This document shows, piece after piece, positions 1 through 8,955 of a DNA stretch of 64,000 bases. Source of the DNA: a bacterium (GTDB lineage Bacteria; Patescibacteriota; Minisyncoccia; JAHIHE01); contig JAUYBG010000010.1 of assembly GCA_030693205.1 (NCBI GenBank), positions 66,059-130,058 of the forward strand, given 5' to 3'. The position numbers and the translations under genes are program-made. The notes under the pieces were generated by a model. That model searched no databases. It was not told the origin of the DNA and was given only the letters and a program-made list of their open reading frames with translations. Every line of letters begins with the position of its first letter. Position 1 is the first letter of the stretch.

Positions 1-1
1 T

Positions 2-463
2 TTTATCGGCAATGGGCCGGTTATGGTCTTTACTTGGAGCGCATTCGCGATCATAGGGATTTTAGGAATGACATATAAGAAATATGAAACTCGATTTGTC
101 ATTGCGAGCGAATCGCCAGCAGGCGGTGAGTGCGGCAATCTCGTGCTTATAAAAAAAATCTTAGGATTGCTTCGTCGCTTCGCTTCTCGCAATGACAGTA
201 AGAGAATCTTGGGACTGGCCGGAGTGGGAATTATTTCTTCGGTTTTTTTCTTTCTCTATACTAATTTCGGCTGGTGGCTGGTTTCCGGAATGTATCCGCA
301 TACTTTGGACGGATTGATCCAGTGCTATATTATGGGATTGCCATTTTTCAAGAATAATTTGATCGGAAATCTGATTTTCGTGCCAATGGCGAGCGGCGCG
401 GCGATTTTAATCGGGAACCTAAAGACGAAGAGTTTTAAATTAAGCATGAAAAAGTTTAGCTAA
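2..463 (+). CDS. DUF6580-like membrane protein (putative ECF S-component-type transporter), 5'-truncated by the window edge
   Basis: Frame is open from base 2. FFLYTNFGWW...YPHTLDGLIQCY...LPFF pattern and several TM segments. Carries an in-frame palindromic insert at 98-196. Confidence 0.65.
   Translation, partial: FIGNGPVMVFTWSAFAIIGILGMTYKKYETRFVIASESPAGGECGNLVLIKKILGLLRRFASRNDSKRILGLAGVGIISSVFFFLYTNFGWWLVSGMYPHTLDGLIQCYIMGLPFFKNNLIGNLIFVPMASGAAILIGNLKTKSFKLSMKKFS
98..196. repeat. GTCA...TGAC (RPE-like) palindromic element, in frame within a CDS
   Basis: gtcattgcgagcg...gcaatc...gattgcttcgtcgc...ctcgcaatgac. 99 nt = 33 codons (VIASE...FASRND). Similar to 9451-9533. Confidence 0.85.
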
Positions 464-471
464 AAATTGAT

Positions 472-499
472 TTGATTTTCCACTAAAATTTGCTATAAT
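472..499 (+). promoter_or_regulatory. sigma70-type promoter for the nucleotide-enzyme cluster
   Basis: TTGATT-16 nt-TATAAT with an extended -10 TG. Confidence 0.55.
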
Positions 500-543
500 A
501 TTAAGACAGCAATGTCTTTTTTAAAACTTTAATATTAAAAACT

Positions 544-1083
544 ATGGATAAATTCGACATGAGCTATAAGGTTATTACGGATTATAAAAAATTATCGGAA
601 ATAATCAATGCTTATAAAATTCTGGGTAAAAAGATAGTGTGCACGATTGGGTCTTGGGATATGCTGCATATCGGGCATTTACGGTATTTGCATAAGGCTA
701 AAAGCGAAGGGGATATTTTGATCGTCGGCGCGGACAGCGACCGGGCGATCAAGCTTTACAAAAATAATCCTTTGAGGCCGGTGATCCCGGAAGACGAAAG
801 AATGGAAATGTTGAGCTATCAGAATTTTGTGGATTATGTGACGCTTGTTGACGATGTGGACGATAAAGGCGCGTGGCAGATGAAACTTTTGAAAATGGCG
901 CATCCGGATGTATTTGTGGCGGTTAAGGAAAGTTATCCGCCGAATCAGATCAAAGAGATCAAGAAATATGTCAAAACAATGAAAATTCTCAAGCGCCAGG
1001 CGGAAAAAACTTCCACCACGCTTATTATCGAGAGGACATTCAAAAAAAGACTGGAGTATGTTTTATCCAACGCTAAATTATAA
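544..1083 (+). CDS. HIGH-motif cytidylyl/adenylyltransferase (RfaE domain II/TagD-like)
   Basis: GSWDMLHIGHLRYL, LIVGADSD, RP..PEDER, STT motifs. Confidence 0.85.
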   Translation: MDKFDMSYKVITDYKKLSEIINAYKILGKKIVCTIGSWDMLHIGHLRYLHKAKSEGDILIVGADSDRAIKLYKNNPLRPVIPEDERMEMLSYQNFVDYVTLVDDVDDKGAWQMKLLKMAHPDVFVAVKESYPPNQIKEIKKYVKTMKILKRQAEKTSTTLIIERTFKKRLEYVLSNAKL

Positions 1084-1091
1084 GATATTTT

Positions 1092-1156
1092 GTCACCCTG
1101 AGCTTGTCGAAGGGTGATTAATTGCGTTTTTCATGGTTCGACAGGCTCACCATGAC
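1092..1156. repeat. GTCA...TGAC double-hairpin palindromic element
   Basis: gtcaccctgagcttgtcgaagggtga ... tcatggttcgacaggctcaccatgac. The right half recurs as an exact reverse complement at 49797-49820. Confidence 0.85.
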
Positions 1157-1174
1157 AGACAGTAAAGCCGTATT

Positions 1175-1618
1175 ATGCTTAAAAAAGTTGTTGATCTGAG
1201 GTTCGCGAAAACCAAGGATTATCGGAAAACTCTGGAAACTATCCAGAAAAAAGGCAAGTGTCCGTTTTGTCCGGAAAATTTTATTTATCACAAAAACCCG
1301 ATATTGAAAAAAAACGGCGATTGGCTGATTACCTTGAGCAGCTGGCCGTATAAGAATTCCGAATATCATTTTTTGATCATCAGTTTGCGGCATAAGGAAA
1401 AATTTAGCGCTCTTGAGCTGGCTGATTTTGGGAGCGTAATGAAGTTGGTAGTTTGGGCGGAGAAAAAATTTAAGATCAAGGGAGGGGGACTGGTTTTGCG
1501 TTTTGGCGATACGGCTTATACGGGTTCGACCGTCTGTCATTTGCATTTCCATTTAATCGTGCCAAAGTTAAACAAAAAAACCAAGCGGGCAAATGCGGTT
1601 TGGTTTCCGATAGGGTGA
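1175..1618 (+). CDS. HIT-family nucleotide hydrolase
   Basis: CPFC, PY...H.LII and HLHFH histidine triad. Confidence 0.85.
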   Translation: MLKKVVDLRFAKTKDYRKTLETIQKKGKCPFCPENFIYHKNPILKKNGDWLITLSSWPYKNSEYHFLIISLRHKEKFSALELADFGSVMKLVVWAEKKFKIKGGGLVLRFGDTAYTGSTVCHLHFHLIVPKLNKKTKRANAVWFPIG

Positions 1619-1634
1619 AATATTGTGTGTTAAA

Positions 1635-1804
1635 TTTCGGCAGGATTAAATTTTTCTTAAAAGATGTTCGGCTGTGACAATAATTATTATACATTGATTT
1701 AAATTGCCTCACTCGAATTTTGGCGACATGAAACTTTAGATAAATTATTTTGTTAATATTGTCGCCAAAATGCGCTTTTTGCGAAAAATTTAATCCTGCC
1801 GAAA
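1635..1804. repeat. 170-bp element with a perfect 22-bp terminal inverted repeat and an inner 12-bp inverted repeat
   Basis: tttcggcaggattaaatttttc (1635-1656) / gaaaaatttaatcctgccgaaa (1783-1804); attttggcgaca (1717-1728) / tgtcgccaaaat (1760-1771). Confidence 0.85.
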
Positions 1805-1820
1805 CATTATTATTTACTAT

Positions 1821-2690
1821 ATGAAAAAATTTACAAATTCAATTTTAATTATCGGCGAGTTTTCGGTATTTCACAAAGGTTATGCCGATTTTTTGGCTGA
1901 AATGAGTCAGAATAAGCACAGTAAATTTTTTGTCGGGATTTTGGGGGATAATCTGATCAAATATCTGACCGCGCTTGAACCGGATATCAGGAAGGTTTCA
2001 GCGGAAGATGCCGAGCGGATAATAAATTCATTTTTAGGCGCGGAAAAATATTTTACGGTTGAAAAAGACAATTTCGCCGATATTATCAAGGAGATCAGCC
2101 CTGAAAAAATAATCATTTTAAAAGGCGACAAAAGCGAAAATTTCGCGGAAAAATATCTCGGAAATTATAAAGATATTATAGAATATTTTGATATTAGATT
2201 GCGATGGAAAGATTCGCGCGTTCAGGAATTTAAAAAAGAAGTTTCGGATATTCCTCCAAAAGAATTAGCGGAATATCAGGGCTTTATGACCGAAGCTCAA
2301 GCGGAAGCGGAAAAATCCAAATGCTGGTGGCGGCAAGTCGGGGCGGTGGCGGTAAAAGACGGAAAAGTGATATTTAAGGGATTCAACAGGATGATGCCCA
2401 ATGACGATGAATGTTATAAAATCGGCTGTATTCGCGACCCTATCGCTCCAGGAAAAAGCCCGGAGATTTGCAGTGTTACTCATGCCGAGGCAACGATCAT
2501 TTCTTTGGCGGCCAATGAAGGCGCGTCTTTGAAAGGCGCGACATTGTTTGTCACTCACTTTCCTTGTCCGGCTTGCGCGAAATTGGTAGCTTTGTCGGGG
2601 TTTAAAAAACTTGTCTATACCCGCGGTTCATCGGTTTTCGACGGGGAAAGAGTGATGGCCAGCGGGGGAGTTGACATAATTAAGATTTAG
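1821..2690 (+). CDS. dCMP deaminase (ComEB-like) fused to an N-terminal degenerate HIGH-nucleotidyltransferase-like domain
   Basis: C-terminal SKC..RQVGAV, HAE and PCPAC zinc motifs. N-terminal IIGEFSVFHKGY resembles GxFxxxHxGH. Confidence 0.8.
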   Translation: MKKFTNSILIIGEFSVFHKGYADFLAEMSQNKHSKFFVGILGDNLIKYLTALEPDIRKVSAEDAERIINSFLGAEKYFTVEKDNFADIIKEISPEKIIILKGDKSENFAEKYLGNYKDIIEYFDIRLRWKDSRVQEFKKEVSDIPPKELAEYQGFMTEAQAEAEKSKCWWRQVGAVAVKDGKVIFKGFNRMMPNDDECYKIGCIRDPIAPGKSPEICSVTHAEATIISLAANEGASLKGATLFVTHFPCPACAKLVALSGFKKLVYTRGSSVFDGERVMASGGVDIIKI

Positions 2691-2733
2691 TATTAGTATT
2701 TTGATATAAGAGACCTTAAAAGTCTTTTTAAAA

Positions 2734-3330
2734 TTGAATAAAAATAGAGGAGGAATAGAAACGAAAGAAAAGAAGATTATTAAAAATGGCATACTTGCAG
2801 ATTCATCTATAATATATGGAAAAAAGATGAAATGGTTGCCGCTATTAGCTTATTTGTTTGCCAATATTTGTTTGGTAACAAAGTCTGGAGAAGTCATATT
2901 GGTTTTGACCGAAGAAAGGAAGAGTAAAAATATATACGTTATCCCAGGTGGAGAACTTTTATATTCATTATCGGAAACCTTTAAGACTGCGGTTATAAGA
3001 GAAGCCGGAAAAGAGGAAATGGGCATTAAGCTAAATTCTAAAAAGATAAAAATCTTTGATGCTCAAATAGGGTATCCGATAAAAGGCAGTCCCTATGAAG
3101 AAAAAGGCATAACTTCTGTGATAGTTTCGTATCTGTATTTTATTACAGACAAAGAACTTAAAAAGATCAGAATAAATGCTGTTCCGGAAAAAGGATGTGA
3201 TATCGTAAAAGTTTTAGTGAAACCCGTACCAGACATTTTGCAAGATATTGAAGATGGAAAAATAAATGTATATCCTGCTTTAAAGGAAACATTAGCTAAA
3301 CTGGATTTATTTTTTAGAGAAGGAAATTAA
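2734..3330 (+). CDS. NUDIX hydrolase (variant Nudix box)
   Basis: PGGE...ETFKTAVIREAGKEEMGI. TTG start is uncertain. Confidence 0.75.
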   Translation: MNKNRGGIETKEKKIIKNGILADSSIIYGKKMKWLPLLAYLFANICLVTKSGEVILVLTEERKSKNIYVIPGGELLYSLSETFKTAVIREAGKEEMGIKLNSKKIKIFDAQIGYPIKGSPYEEKGITSVIVSYLYFITDKELKKIRINAVPEKGCDIVKVLVKPVPDILQDIEDGKINVYPALKETLAKLDLFFREGN

Positions 3331-3378
3331 CCCTTCTTTTTATTTGAAAAAAAATCTTAAATATGGTAAATTTAAGCA

Positions 3379-3891
3379 ATGAAGAAGAATAACAAAAAAC
3401 TGGAATTTCCGCCGCAAAAAACTTATTTTGTTGCTTCAATGGTATTGATAAACGAAGAAGGACAGCTTTTACTGACCAAAGAAAAAAATAATCGCAATAT
3501 TTGGACTGTTCCGGGCGGGGAAGTTGATTATAAGGCAAAAGAGCAATTTTTGGACGCGGCTATCCGTGAAACGAAAGAGGAGGTTGATGTTTCGGTTGAT
3601 CCTCGCGAAGCGCAATTGATCGATGTCAGGATCTCTTATGCCGAAGGAGATAATCCTTACAAAAAGCATAATATTTTTATTTTGATTGCGACTTGCATAG
3701 CGCATTTTTCCCCAAAGCAAAAAATAACGCTTAAAAGATCTTTTGACGCTTTGGAGCGTAAATATGACGTGAAAGATTTTATTTGGATCGCGCCGGAAGA
3801 GATCTCGAAGAAAAAAATAAAAGTGCATAAAAATTTTATCAAAACGATTCCGATAATCAACCAATGGATCGAAAAATATGGAAAAGGATAA
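3379..3891 (+). CDS. NUDIX hydrolase
   Basis: WTVPGGEV...EQFLDAAIRETKEEVDV. Resembles the upstream NUDIX. Confidence 0.85.
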   Translation: MKKNNKKLEFPPQKTYFVASMVLINEEGQLLLTKEKNNRNIWTVPGGEVDYKAKEQFLDAAIRETKEEVDVSVDPREAQLIDVRISYAEGDNPYKKHNIFILIATCIAHFSPKQKITLKRSFDALERKYDVKDFIWIAPEEISKKKIKVHKNFIKTIPIINQWIEKYGKG

Positions 3892-5353
3892 GCAAAAAAC
3901 AAAATTCGCTTGCGCCGGCGATATCGGCTGGCCGATATATTATTCGGATAGCCTGATCAAGGGTAATCCGGAAAGCGAAATTGGAATTACTACTCTTTGG
4001 ACGCCGGCGAAATTAATCGCGGACAAGATCGACCCAAAGCTTTTTTCCGTGGTCGGTCAGCTCTATTCCAAGGAAGGCATAAATTTTATTTTGCGGAATA
4101 TTCTGGCAAATCCGCGCATTCGCTATATAATTGTTTGCGGCACTGAACTTTCCGGATCCGGCAAAGCGCTGGTGGATTTTTTTGCCAAAGGCGTGGACAA
4201 AGACAATAATATTATCGGCAATGATTTTGCCGCGATCCATAAAGAAATTCCGCTTGAGGCGATCGAAATGGTGAGGAAAAATGTCAAATGCGAGAATCTT
4301 ATTGGCGTCGCCGATGCGGAAAAGATCATCGAAAAGATCAAAAATTATAAGCCGGAAGGAAAACCTTTTTCCGAGCCGCAAACATTTCCTGAACCTAAAA
4401 ATGATCTGGCGGTTTCTTTCCCCGGCGAAGATACCGTGTTTCCTATACGCCATAAATATATCGGCGGAGCGTGGCTTGAAATACTCAAGCATATCCAGCG
4501 CTTCGGTACGATCCGGAATAATTTTTATGGCGGCAGTGTGCGGGAAATTTTTAATATCGCGGCGGTCGTTACGGACGAGGATTCTTTCAATCCGAAAATA
4601 TTTCCTTATATGCAAGTTTGCAAGAAAGAGATCGAGAAATATTGCCAGTATATTTTGAATGGCAATAAAGGGGATGAGGTTTATACTTATGGCGAGCGGC
4701 TTTGGAATTATAAGGGAATTAATCAAGTGGAAGACGTGATCATTCCATATTTAAAAAAATATCCGACTGATCGGGCGGCAGTGGCTATGATGTTTGATCT
4801 GGCGGTTGATCACAAGGCAAGCCGCGCGCCTTGTATGTGTATGGTGCAGGCCGCGACGCTCGGCGATAAATTGAATCTGACCGCGTATTTCCGAAGCCAT
4901 GCGGTGTTTTCCGGTTGGGTGTTGAATGCGTTTGGCTTAAGGCGGTTGCAGAAATATATTGCCGATAAGCTAAATTTAAAAATTGGCACTTTGACCGTAT
5001 TTTCCAATTGCGCGCATATTTACGATAATGAGTGGAGTGCGGCGGAAAAAATAGTCAAAGATCATGGCAATAATTTCGAGGTTATACTGGATCCGCGCGG
5101 ATATTTTATGATCTCGTTGGATAAAAAAGAGATCGTGGCAAAACATTATTCGCCGGATGGAAGATTTTTGGAAGAATTCAGGCAGGACGGCATGATCCCA
5201 AAATCGGCGATGGCGCTGTATGCGAAGCTTGCCGCCGCCAATACTGTTTCCGTAATATCTCACGCTTTTGATCTTGGCGTAGAGCTGGAAAAAGCGGAAT
5301 TCGCGATTAAATTGGGATTAGAATATTCGCAGGATAAAGAATTAAAATTTTAA
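3878..5353 (+). CDS. Fusion: MtrA-like domain + thymidylate synthase-like domain + DUF4346-like domain
   Basis: N-term NILANPRIRYIIVCG (MtrA-like). Middle YTYGERL, R.A, PC..Q, FRSH, N, AHIY (ThyA, archaeal style). C-term DPRGYF...SHAFDLGVELEKAE...YSQD (DUF4346). Confidence 0.8.
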   Translation: MEKDKQKTKFACAGDIGWPIYYSDSLIKGNPESEIGITTLWTPAKLIADKIDPKLFSVVGQLYSKEGINFILRNILANPRIRYIIVCGTELSGSGKALVDFFAKGVDKDNNIIGNDFAAIHKEIPLEAIEMVRKNVKCENLIGVADAEKIIEKIKNYKPEGKPFSEPQTFPEPKNDLAVSFPGEDTVFPIRHKYIGGAWLEILKHIQRFGTIRNNFYGGSVREIFNIAAVVTDEDSFNPKIFPYMQVCKKEIEKYCQYILNGNKGDEVYTYGERLWNYKGINQVEDVIIPYLKKYPTDRAAVAMMFDLAVDHKASRAPCMCMVQAATLGDKLNLTAYFRSHAVFSGWVLNAFGLRRLQKYIADKLNLKIGTLTVFSNCAHIYDNEWSAAEKIVKDHGNNFEVILDPRGYFMISLDKKEIVAKHYSPDGRFLEEFRQDGMIPKSAMALYAKLAAANTVSVISHAFDLGVELEKAEFAIKLGLEYSQDKELKF

Positions 5354-5454
5354 ACAAATCAATTTTATGAGCGCTTTAGGGGTTAGAAGCTTTGACAATT
5401 CTTCCGTTTAACGCTAACATTACTAGTAATATAATAATTTATAAATAATTTTTT

Positions 5455-6036
5455 ATGACTAATTATAAGACCCAGAAGCCAACTGATATTTTAAAAAAAG
5501 ACCACAAGATCATCAAGGATATTATTAAAGTGCTGGAGGCATGCGCCGGTTCGCTTGAGAAAGGCGGAAAATGCGATTTAGACATATTGAACGGCAGTAT
5601 GAATTTGATCAAGAATTTTAATCATAAATATCATCGGCGGACGGAGGAGAGCGTTTTGTTTAAAATCGCTGAGAAAAAAGAAGCGCCTTGGAGCGGAGGA
5701 GATATCAGTTCGATAATCAGAGAGCACGAGGAAGGTGCGGAACAAGTGCGGCGTGTCGCGGATCTTCTCAGGGAATCGGTCGCGGCGGGCATTTTCAGTA
5801 AAAAATCGAAAAAGGCCGTAGTAAAAAATTTATATGCCTATAGCTCGCTTTTGGGCAGCCATCTTATGCAGGAAGAAAAAACCCTATATCCGGTGATCGA
5901 GAGCTTGCTGACCAATCAAGAGAAAAAAAATATTTTACAAAGCTTTGAAAGACTGGCGCAAGAAATGAAGGAAATTGGAGACAAAGAACGATACACAAAT
6001 TCGATCAAAGAGTATAAAAAAAGATTAGCCATTTAA
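5455..6036 (+). CDS. Hemerythrin/HHE-domain protein
   Basis: L..DH, H...EE..LF, EHE.G, H...EE..LYP. TTGACA-17-TAACAT promoter from 5392. Confidence 0.8.
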   Translation: MTNYKTQKPTDILKKDHKIIKDIIKVLEACAGSLEKGGKCDLDILNGSMNLIKNFNHKYHRRTEESVLFKIAEKKEAPWSGGDISSIIREHEEGAEQVRRVADLLRESVAAGIFSKKSKKAVVKNLYAYSSLLGSHLMQEEKTLYPVIESLLTNQEKKNILQSFERLAQEMKEIGDKERYTNSIKEYKKRLAI

Positions 6037-6045
6037 TATTTATTT

Positions 6046-7602
6046 ATGGTTTATAAACCTACTATCGGTTTGGAAATTCATGTTGAACTAAAAACAAACT
6101 CAAAAATGTTTTGCGGTTGCGCCAATAACGCGCTGGAAAAAAGGCCGAATTTTAATATTTGTCCTGTTTGCACCGGCCAGCCGGGAACTTTGCCCTTGGC
6201 AAATAAAAAAGCGATAGAGCTGGTGGTCAGGGCGGCTTTGGCTTTAAATTGTAATATAAATAAATTTTCAAAATTCGACCGAAAAAATTATTTTTATCCG
6301 GATCTGCCGAAAGGTTATCAGATCTCGCAATATGACAAGCCGTTGAGCAAAGAGGGATATCTTGATATTAATATCACAGATTATAATGGTGATATTAATA
6401 AATCCCAAATCCCAAATCCCAAATCCCAAATAAATTCTAAATTACAAACTGCAAAAGTTAAACGGGTGCGAATTACTAGAATACATCTGGAAGAAGATAC
6501 GGGCAAATTATTGCATCCCGATAATGCCGATTATAGCTTGATCGATTATAATCGGGCCGGCGCTCCATTGATGGAATTGGTGACTGAGCCCGACATTGCT
6601 TCGTCCGGCGAAGCGAAGAAATTTTGCCAGGATCTTCAGCTGATCTTTCGTTATTTGGATATTTCCGACGCTGATATGGAAAAAGGGCAAATGCGCTGCG
6701 AGGTAAATATTTCTTTATCAGACAGCGATAAATTGGGAACAAAAGCGGAAATTAAAAATCTCAATTCTTTTAAAGCGGTGGAAAAATCCATTGAGTATGA
6801 GATTGTTCGCCAGAGAAAAGCGCTTACAAAAGGCGAAAAAATTGTTCAAGAAACTCGCGGTTGGGATGAAAACAAAGGCGTAACTTTTTCCCAGCGTGCC
6901 AAAGAAGAAGCTCATGATTATCGGTATTTTCCCGAACCCGATTTGCCGCCGATCGATTTTGAAAAAAACACAGTAGCCGATATTGAAGCGATAAGAAATC
7001 AGCTGCCGGAATTGCCGGAAATAAAAAGAAAAAGATTTTTTGAAGAATATAAATTGCCGGCCAGCGATATTGAAGTTTTGGTTTCAAATAAAAAATTCGC
7101 GGAATATTTCGAGGAAGCCGCTTCCGAATTGGATTCTTGGATCGAAGATAAAAATCTTCCAATAAAAGGCAAAGAGCATCTCCGAATGATCAAAATGGTC
7201 GTTAATTATTTGATTGGCGACATACAATATTTATTGGCGAATTCTAAAACGGAAATAGGTTCTATCAAGATCACGCCGGAAAATTTTGCGGAATTTGTCA
7301 CTCTTGTTTTTGAAGGAAAAATTTCTTCAGCGGCGGCCAAGACGGTTTTGGCGGAAATGTTTGCCAATGGTTCGGATCCGTCGAATATTATTGAAGCAAA
7401 GGAGTTGGCGCAGGAAAGCGGGGAAGATTCTCTGGGCGCGGCGGCGGATGAAGCAATAAAAAATAACCCCGGTCCGGCGGGGGATTATAAGGCAGGCAAA
7501 ACTCAGGCTTTGCAGTTTTTGGTGGGGCAGGTAATGAAGATCAGTAAAGGTAAGGCGAATCCCAAAATTGCAATGGAGTTGCTGAAGAAAAAATTGGGTT
7601 AA
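6046..7602 (+). CDS. gatB: Asp/Glu-tRNA(Asn/Gln) amidotransferase subunit B
   Basis: IGLEIHVEL, RKNYFYPDLPKGYQISQ, DYRYFPEPDL, GQVMK..KGKANP. Confidence 0.98.
   Translation: MVYKPTIGLEIHVELKTNSKMFCGCANNALEKRPNFNICPVCTGQPGTLPLANKKAIELVVRAALALNCNINKFSKFDRKNYFYPDLPKGYQISQYDKPLSKEGYLDINITDYNGDINKSQIPNPKSQINSKLQTAKVKRVRITRIHLEEDTGKLLHPDNADYSLIDYNRAGAPLMELVTEPDIASSGEAKKFCQDLQLIFRYLDISDADMEKGQMRCEVNISLSDSDKLGTKAEIKNLNSFKAVEKSIEYEIVRQRKALTKGEKIVQETRGWDENKGVTFSQRAKEEAHDYRYFPEPDLPPIDFEKNTVADIEAIRNQLPELPEIKRKRFFEEYKLPASDIEVLVSNKKFAEYFEEAASELDSWIEDKNLPIKGKEHLRMIKMVVNYLIGDIQYLLANSKTEIGSIKITPENFAEFVTLVFEGKISSAAAKTVLAEMFANGSDPSNIIEAKELAQESGEDSLGAAADEAIKNNPGPAGDYKAGKTQALQFLVGQVMKISKGKANPKIAMELLKKKLG
6400..6447. 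repeat. Heptamer tandem repeat (AAATCCC)4 plus degenerate units, in frame in gatB
   Basis: Encodes KSQIPNPKSQINSKLQ in a loop where GatB is normally short. Confidence 0.8.
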
Positions 7603-8606
7603 TTATTTAAAAACCGTTTACAGGTTTTAACGATTTTGCTAAACCCGTTTTTGCTATCCGGTTTTACCCATTTTATTTTTTTATCTTTCTTGAACCAGGT
7701 CATTTGGCGCCGCACGTAATTATGCGTGGCAAATTTTATTAATTCTTTGGTTTTTTCGAGTGTAATTTCGCTTTTCAAATACATTCCGATTTCTCTGTAT
7801 CCGATGCCGCTCATTGCCGGAAGCTTCCATGAATATTTTTTTGCCAGACTTTTTGTTTCATTGACCAATCCGGTTTTAAACATTTTTTCGACCCGATCGT
7901 CGATTTTTTTGTATAATTTTTCACGAGGAATATCAAGCCCAATTTGCAAACAATCAAAAAGCGGCGCGCCTTTTTCTTTTTGAGCGGAAAACGGTTTGCC
8001 GGTAGAGATGGCCACTTCCAGGGCGCGGATTATGCGTCTTTTGTTTTTTTTATCAATATTGATAAAAGCAGCTGTATCTAATTTTTTAAGTTGTTTTAGC
8101 AATACAACAAGGGATTTATTTTCTAATTTTTTTCGCAAAGATAAATTTGGTTTGACTTTTGGAATTTCAATATTATCCACTATCGATGAAATATAAAGTC
8201 CGGTTCCGCCGGTCAAGATCGGGATCTTTCCGCGGCGAGTAATATCGCGGATTATTTTTATAGCTAATTCTTTATATTTAGCAACAGAGAATTTCTCACC
8301 AGGTTCTATAATATCTATTAAATAATGCGGAGTTTTTCTAATTAAAATATATTTTAACTTTTTATTTTTTGATTTTTTGGCGAGTCTGCCGTTGAGGCGG
8401 ATTAGTTTTTTGTCTTGTGGCATTTTAGCGGTTCCAATATTCATTTCTTTATAGATTTGGCGCGAATCTGCCGAAATGATCTCACTATTGAATTTTTTGG
8501 CCAATTTCAAAGCTAGTTCCGATTTTCCGGAAGCAGTGGGGCCGAGGATGATAATAAGAGGTTTTAGGGCTTCTTTGGCATTTAAATTTTTATTTTTAGT
8601 TGACAT
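7599..8606 (-). CDS. miaA: tRNA dimethylallyltransferase
   Basis: GPTASGKS, ISADSRQIY, GGTGLY, RRQMTWF. Confidence 0.97.
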   Translation of the reverse strand: MSTKNKNLNAKEALKPLIIILGPTASGKSELALKLAKKFNSEIISADSRQIYKEMNIGTAKMPQDKKLIRLNGRLAKKSKNKKLKYILIRKTPHYLIDIIEPGEKFSVAKYKELAIKIIRDITRRGKIPILTGGTGLYISSIVDNIEIPKVKPNLSLRKKLENKSLVVLLKQLKKLDTAAFINIDKKNKRRIIRALEVAISTGKPFSAQKEKGAPLFDCLQIGLDIPREKLYKKIDDRVEKMFKTGLVNETKSLAKKYSWKLPAMSGIGYREIGMYLKSEITLEKTKELIKFATHNYVRRQMTWFKKDKKIKWVKPDSKNGFSKIVKTCKRFLNN

Positions 8607-8647
8607 TTTGATTATAAAAGCTTATTTTATATACAGGAGGACAAAAT

Positions 8648-8926
8648 ATGAACGGAATGATTTTACCAACACTAATTGTTTTAAGTATATTTCTCGTTTT
8701 TCTTAATTTTTCGAAAAAAAACGAGGATATAATAAGCATAATATTGTATGGTATACTTGGTATTTTGAGTATGTATTGGCTTGCTCAAATAATTTATAGT
8801 GATTTGGGGATGCCGCATGAATGGTGGAAGGAGGCTGTAATATTGCCTGGTTTTATGATAGTTTTGATCGTTTGGTCGGCTATTGATGACTTTGGAATTA
8901 TGCTTAAATTATTCAAGGCGTCATAG
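8648..8926 (+). CDS. Small membrane protein (about 3 TM), hypothetical
   Basis: AGGAGG ribosome-binding site, hydrophobic segments, fills the miaA-miaB gap. Confidence 0.65.
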   Translation: MNGMILPTLIVLSIFLVFLNFSKKNEDIISIILYGILGILSMYWLAQIIYSDLGMPHEWWKEAVILPGFMIVLIVWSAIDDFGIMLKLFKAS

Positions 8927-8955
8927 TGCTATTTGTTTCACATCTAGCACTTTTT

